In this document: positions 47,333 through 51,335 of the stretch, piece by piece
Numbering within the stretch: position 1 is the stretch's first letter
Layout: each line of letters begins with the position of its first letter
Origin: an uncultured Ruminococcus sp.
GTDB lineage: Bacteria > Bacillota > Clostridia > Oscillospirales > Ruminococcaceae
Length of the DNA stretch: 51,335 nucleotides
NCBI GenBank assembly: GCA_902464115.1
Contig: CABQIF010000001.1
Location: 1 to 51,335 of the forward strand
Reading direction: 5' to 3'
Made by a program: the position numbers and the translations under genes
The notes under the pieces: model-generated
Seen by the model: the letters and a program-made list of their open reading frames with translations, nothing else
What the model was told of the DNA's origin: nothing
The model's database searches: none

Positions 47333-48283
47333 TTATTCTGCTTTCATTGCGTCAATTACTTCCCGGAGAGCAGCTGCACTCTTGCGAACAGCTTCTTCTT
47401 CTTCCGGCAGCAGCGGCGGTGTGATTTCCCGTTCAATTCCGTTTGCACCAACTACGCAAGGCAGGCTCAGACAAACGTCCTTAACGCCGTAACGGCTGCC
47501 GTCCTGCAATGTGGAAACAGTCAGAATCATCTTGGTATCCCGCAGGATTGCTTCTGCAATCTGGCTGACAGACAGTGCGATCGCATAATAGGTTGCACCC
47601 TTGCACTTGATAACTTCTGCACCACCAGCACGAACTTCCTGTTCGATTACATCCTTATCGCCCAGATTGTCGATGTGTGCACAGTAATCATCGAACTTCA
47701 TACCATCAATAGAAGACAGCGACCACGGAATCATAGAAGAATCGCCGTGTTCTCCAAATACATAAGCATGAATATTCTTGATGTTCAGGTTTGCGTGATC
47801 TGCCAGACATGTCCGCAGACGAGAAGAGTCCAGAACAGTACCAGAACCGAATACATGCTTCGGATTCAGACCGGAAACCTGAATGGCTTCATAAGTCAAA
47901 ACGTCAACCGGATTGCTTACAATGATGTAGCAAGCATTCGGTGCATACTTTGTAATTTCTGGCATAACAGATGCCATGATCTTTGCATTGGTCTTGCACA
48001 GGTCAATTCTGGTCTGACCCGGCTTTCTTGCGATACCAACGGTGATGACAACCAGATCGGAATTGACTGCATCTGCATAATCGCCGTCCCGCACATCAAC
48101 TGCCGGACAAAATGCAGTACCCTGCATAATATCCATTGCTTCGCCCTTTGCCTTCGGCTTATTGATATCTACCAGCAGCAATTCGGAGCAAAGTCCCTTA
48201 ATTGCGAGAGTAAATGCGATAGAAGCACCAACATTACCAGCACCAACAACGGTTACTTTTTTTCCCTTTTTCACGAAATCCAC
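47333..48283 (-). CDS. mdh: LDH-like malate dehydrogenase
   Basis: GAGNVG, NPVD, LDSSR and GEHGDS motifs; specificity loop reads ARKPG (Arg, MDH type) rather than QKPG; adjacent to malic enzyme. Confidence 0.8.
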   Translation of the reverse strand: MDFVKKGKKVTVVGAGNVGASIAFTLAIKGLCSELLLVDINKPKAKGEAMDIMQGTAFCPAVDVRDGDYADAVNSDLVVITVGIARKPGQTRIDLCKTNAKIMASVMPEITKYAPNACYIIVSNPVDVLTYEAIQVSGLNPKHVFGSGTVLDSSRLRTCLADHANLNIKNIHAYVFGEHGDSSMIPWSLSSIDGMKFDDYCAHIDNLGDKDVIEQEVRAGGAEVIKCKGATYYAIALSVSQIAEAILRDTKMILTVSTLQDGSRYGVKDVCLSLPCVVGANGIEREITPPLLPEEEEAVRKSAAALREVIDAMKAE

Positions 48284-48379
48284 TTTTCATATCCTCCTAA
48301 CACAGAATGATCTTTGATCGCTCAAAACAAAACCGATACACAGCAGTCTCACAGAATTCCCCACTATGTATTGTCTTTC

Positions 48380-48408
48380 ATTATACCATATCCGTTCCGT
48401 TTTTGCAA
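48380..48408 (-). promoter_or_regulatory. sigma-A promoter for mdh
   Basis: TTGCAA-17 nt-TATAAT with extended TG. Confidence 0.75.
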
Positions 48409-48500
48409 GATGGGAATGAATTTCTTTGCATTTTTGTGATATTTCACAGAATTTCGTAGAATTTCAAAGAAAAAGCGAGCAAAAAGCAATAGAATCGAAG

Positions 48501-48580
48501 AAAAGTAAAACACCCATCCGTTTACACAGATGGGTGTTTTAGTAAGGGGATTTTTATGAAAAAAATTTTTAAGAAAGGAT
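48501..48580 (-). ncRNA. putative small regulatory RNA, copy 1
   Basis: lies between a perfect promoter and a terminator hairpin; no SD-led ORF; CU-rich anti-SD/anti-AUG core; ends approximate. Confidence 0.75.
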
Positions 48581-48586
48581 ACTCAT

Positions 48587-48615
48587 ATTATAACCGCCGC
48601 AAGGGTATTTGTCAA
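48587..48615 (-). promoter_or_regulatory. sigma-A promoter of sRNA copy 1
   Basis: TTGACA-17 nt-TATAAT. Confidence 0.85.
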
Positions 48616-48684
48616 GCAATTTTGCCATACTTTTTTTATTTTACAATTTTCGACAAATGCGTTCACATCTGCCCGAGATCCGGA

Positions 48685-48762
48685 TAGTAAAATGCCCATC
48701 CGTTTGCACAGATGGGCACTTTAGTAAGGGGATTTTTATGAAAAAAATTTTTAAGAAAGGAT
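48685..48762 (-). ncRNA. putative small regulatory RNA, copy 2
   Basis: same organisation as copy 1; terminator stem carries compensatory changes; ends approximate. Confidence 0.75.
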
Positions 48763-48768
48763 ACTTAT

Positions 48769-48796
48769 ATTATAGGTGCAGAGGGGCATTTGTCAA
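48769..48796 (-). promoter_or_regulatory. sigma-A promoter of sRNA copy 2
   Basis: TTGACA-16 nt-TATAAT. Confidence 0.8.
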
Positions 48797-48830
48797 GCAC
48801 TTTTTTCTATAATTCACAGATTTTTTACAA

Positions 48831-49763
48831 TTATGCTTCGTCTGCCGACTCCAACACGTGCACATCCACCTTGTGATACGGAATTTCAATGCCGTTTTCA
48901 TCCAGTACCTGCTTGGTCTGTTCCATCATGTCATAGTAAACCGTCCAGTAATCCGTACTATTGCACCAGACACGCAGCAGCAATTCGATTGCATCTGAAC
49001 CCTGATTTTTCACAACCACATCTGGGGCTGGGTCTTTCAAGGTCAATGGATGTTTCGCAACCGTTTCAAGAATGACTCTCCGAGCAGTTTCCAAATCCGA
49101 TTCATACGAAATTCCCAAATCGAGTTCTACTCGCCGCTGTTCTTTTTCTGTATAATTGACAATTTTTGCAGCAGTTACTTTTCCGTTTGGAATAAAAGCA
49201 ACCGTATTATCTGCTGTAACAATTTTTGTATAAAGAATATCAATCTGTTCCACTTTTCCGATAGTGCCATCAATCTGAACCGTATCGCCCTGCTTTACAG
49301 GTTTCGCAAATAGCAAAATAAATCCACCTGCAAGATTGGAAAGACTATCTTTCAACGCCAGTGCAACGGCGACTCCGGCGGAAGCGATCACTGCAACAAT
49401 GGAATCCATCGGCACATTCAAGATCGAAAGCACGATCACACCTAAAATTGCATATAGAATAATCTGAATCACAGAACGAATGAATCCCACTGCAATGCGA
49501 TCAAGATTGGAACGCTTCAAGCCGTGGGAAACAAGCCGCAGCAGATATTTAATCAATGCATAGCCGATGATTGCAAATATAATGGCAATCACCAACGACG
49601 GAATGGCGTTTTTGATGGGTGTTAGGACAGCATTCAACACCCGGGATGCATGATGGACTTCTTCGCCCATGCTTTCCACAACATTTTCCAAAGGCATGGT
49701 CTGGGTTTCGGTTTCTGATGAAACGGTTTCTAAAACGGTTGTCAGCAACTGAGTTGTTTGCAA
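48831..49763 (-). CDS. mscS: small-conductance mechanosensitive channel (MscS family)
   Basis: LALKDSLSNLAGG, PVKQGD, IPNG, NY..RRVEL..GISYESD and GIEIPY motifs; TTG start with AGGAGG. Confidence 0.93.
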   Translation of the reverse strand: MQTTQLLTTVLETVSSETETQTMPLENVVESMGEEVHHASRVLNAVLTPIKNAIPSLVIAIIFAIIGYALIKYLLRLVSHGLKRSNLDRIAVGFIRSVIQIILYAILGVIVLSILNVPMDSIVAVIASAGVAVALALKDSLSNLAGGFILLFAKPVKQGDTVQIDGTIGKVEQIDILYTKIVTADNTVAFIPNGKVTAAKIVNYTEKEQRRVELDLGISYESDLETARRVILETVAKHPLTLKDPAPDVVVKNQGSDAIELLLRVWCNSTDYWTVYYDMMEQTKQVLDENGIEIPYHKVDVHVLESADEA

Positions 49764-49799
49764 AATAAAAACCTCCTGTTTCTTTGTGATTGCTTATTC

Positions 49800-49828
49800 A
49801 GTATAACGAACTTTTTTTGTTCTGTCAA
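49800..49828 (-). promoter_or_regulatory. sigma-A promoter for mscS
   Basis: TTGACA-17 nt-TATACT. Confidence 0.75.
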
Positions 49829-49844
49829 GGTCGTTTTCGGCAAG

Positions 49845-50195
49845 TTATTTGGCTTCTTTTCGCTGAAATTCGGTTTGCTGCTGTTCATAGAGCTGTTCCA
49901 CAAATTGTTCTACTCTGCCCTTGTTGCGTTCGGTGAGGTCAGAGAAGTATTTCGGGCAGTCGATTTCCTCCGCAGCGACTGGCATTCCCTGCGGAAAGTT
50001 GGTTCTTCCGGCAATATAGTCAATGCTGACCTGATAGAAATCTGCCAGCTGTACCGCAAAATCCAGCGGAACGGTATGCTTGCCCTGTTCATAATTCGTG
50101 TAAGTCGTTTTATGCATATACAGCTTTTTGCAGAGTGCCTCTTGGGTGAGGTCGCTGTCTTCCCGTAAATCTCGAATTCTTTGGTAATGTTGCAT
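49845..50195 (-). CDS. XRE-family helix-turn-helix regulator
   Basis: RIRDLRED.DLTQ..TY..YEQG..LADFYQVSIDYI. Confidence 0.92.
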   Translation of the reverse strand: MQHYQRIRDLREDSDLTQEALCKKLYMHKTTYTNYEQGKHTVPLDFAVQLADFYQVSIDYIAGRTNFPQGMPVAAEEIDCPKYFSDLTERNKGRVEQFVEQLYEQQQTEFQRKEAK

Positions 50196-50340
50196 AATTT
50201 GGAAAACTCCTTTTTATGATAGTTTCCGAAATTATACCACAAATGCGGACGCAGACTTGATTTTTTACAATAAATATGGTATTTTATTCTTGTAAAATCA
50301 TCATTCGTTGTATTTTCAGAACGGAAAAAGGAGGATTATT

Positions 50341-51335
50341 ATGACAAAAATAAGCATTCAAAAGTGGATTGCGATCTTAGTCAGTTTCCTGATGATTGGA
50401 ACGCTGTTTTCCATGCTGCCCATGACCAATTTAACTGCATCTGCAATTTCCTGTCAGAAAGATGGATTCGATAAAAGCAGATACACATTAAGCGGAAACA
50501 TGGCAGAAGATGTTGCCACGATTGCAAAGTCACAAAAAGGAAGAACAGGGGCACAATTTGGATATACAGAAGCATGGTGCGATGAGTTCGTTGCAGACTG
50601 TCTCGAAAATGCAGGAGCAGATTCTTCTATTGTTGGACACGGCGGAACAGTTGCTGACTTCGAAGCTGTCATGCGGCAAAAAAAGGGTGCTGTTGAAGTA
50701 AGTTCTCCGCAGGTGGGCGATTTAGTATTTTTCACGTATTCGCACGTTGAAATTGTAACAAAAGTGGAAAATGGAACGGTATATTGTGCAGGCGGCAACA
50801 ACGGCGGAACGGGAAACTATAAAACAAATTATTGTGCCGGAGAAAGAAAGTTGTATGCTACAGCAAGATTGTATTTAAGACCAAATTATAAAAATACAAA
50901 TGTTGAACCGCCAACATATGCAAGACTTGACAAAAATCAAGTTTGGTATGACCTGCAAGATACGATTGAACTTTATCCAACATCAGATAAAGCAACAAAT
51001 TACTATCTAACAATAACAAAAGACAACATTCCAGTTGTGCTTGGTATTGAAATTTCCGGAACTTATAGTATTTCAGCCAGTAATTTAGGATATGGTAATT
51101 ATCATGCTTGGATATCAGCTGCGAACAGTGCAGGAGGAGTTGATTCTAACGGTATTGATTTTTCTGTTGTGGAATCAGCTGCATATACAGATATTTATAC
51201 TTCTAAATCATTATATTCATTAAATCAAACAGTATCTATCCATGTGGATACTATTTGTGCAAAAGGGCAGGTAATCGGAATTGATAAAATTGGATTTGGG
51301 AGAGTAGTTACAAAACAATGTGATAACACATATAC
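50341..51335 (+). CDS. secreted CHAP/NlpC-P60-like cell-wall hydrolase with beta-rich C-terminal modules (partial, runs off the window)
   Basis: absent from the ORF track because it has no stop; AGGAGG SD, signal peptide MTKISIQKWIAIL...ASA, AWCDEFV, PQVGDLVFF, SHVEIV and GGN motifs; frame open to the end. Confidence 0.8.
   Translation, partial: MTKISIQKWIAILVSFLMIGTLFSMLPMTNLTASAISCQKDGFDKSRYTLSGNMAEDVATIAKSQKGRTGAQFGYTEAWCDEFVADCLENAGADSSIVGHGGTVADFEAVMRQKKGAVEVSSPQVGDLVFFTYSHVEIVTKVENGTVYCAGGNNGGTGNYKTNYCAGERKLYATARLYLRPNYKNTNVEPPTYARLDKNQVWYDLQDTIELYPTSDKATNYYLTITKDNIPVVLGIEISGTYSISASNLGYGNYHAWISAANSAGGVDSNGIDFSVVESAAYTDIYTSKSLYSLNQTVSIHVDTICAKGQVIGIDKIGFGRVVTKQCDNTY

Larger units (their letters stand above)
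48505..48798. repeat. direct repeat, two ~112-bp copies 182 bp apart
   Basis: 48505-48617 versus 48687-48798; identical 43-nt core AGTAAGGGGATTTTTATGAAAAAAATTTTTAAGAAAGGATACT. Confidence 0.95.

Noticed and set aside
48234..48290. Out-of-frame ATG ORF (18 codons) overlapping the mdh start
   Set aside because: The ATG is only 2 nt from GGAGG; the SD spacing fits GTG 48283.
48435..48448. Rex operator
   Set aside because: Half-sites are 4 nt apart rather than the 6 nt of TGTGA-N6-TCACA.
48505..48798. CRISPR array or insertion-element ends
   Set aside because: Only two ~112-bp copies, no spacer periodicity, no cas or transposase gene; promoter and terminator content explains the repeat.

Overview
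Chromosomal, mostly housekeeping DNA from a spore-forming, fibre-degrading Clostridia genome. Gene content and style suggest a Ruminococcus-like organism (inference). In order: mgsA-hisS-aspS; a SpoIIQ-like M23 protein; an aldo-keto reductase; a CapA-family protein; a gerA/gerK-type germinant receptor operon; GTP-PEPCK; tsaD; a TPR + NucS-like nuclease gene; two GNATs; polA-rimI-dusB-smr-ydcF; corA facing a CNNM/CorC protein; a lipid-anchored GH5 with two tandem modules; aroB-aroA-aroC; amino-acid and sugar ABC importers; an M16 peptidase pair-lgt-folD; comEA; mdh and malic enzyme; mscS; an XRE regulator; and a secreted CHAP-like protein cut by the window end. I saw no CRISPR array, tRNA, rRNA, integrase or transposase. 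The most interesting signals are non-coding. (1) Two tandem ~80-nt small-RNA genes at 48.5-48.8 kb have perfect sigma-A promoters, covarying terminators and an identical core antisense to SD + AUGAAAAAA. The core is csRNA-like and nearly matches the start region of the neighbouring CHAP gene. (2) An MgtL-like Pro/Arg leader peptide with alternative hairpins lies upstream of corA. (3) A bistable hairpin covers the lgt SD. The best protein-level candidate for a new function is the TPR + PD-(D/E)XK nuclease. All calls come from reading motifs by eye; no database search or folding computation was run.
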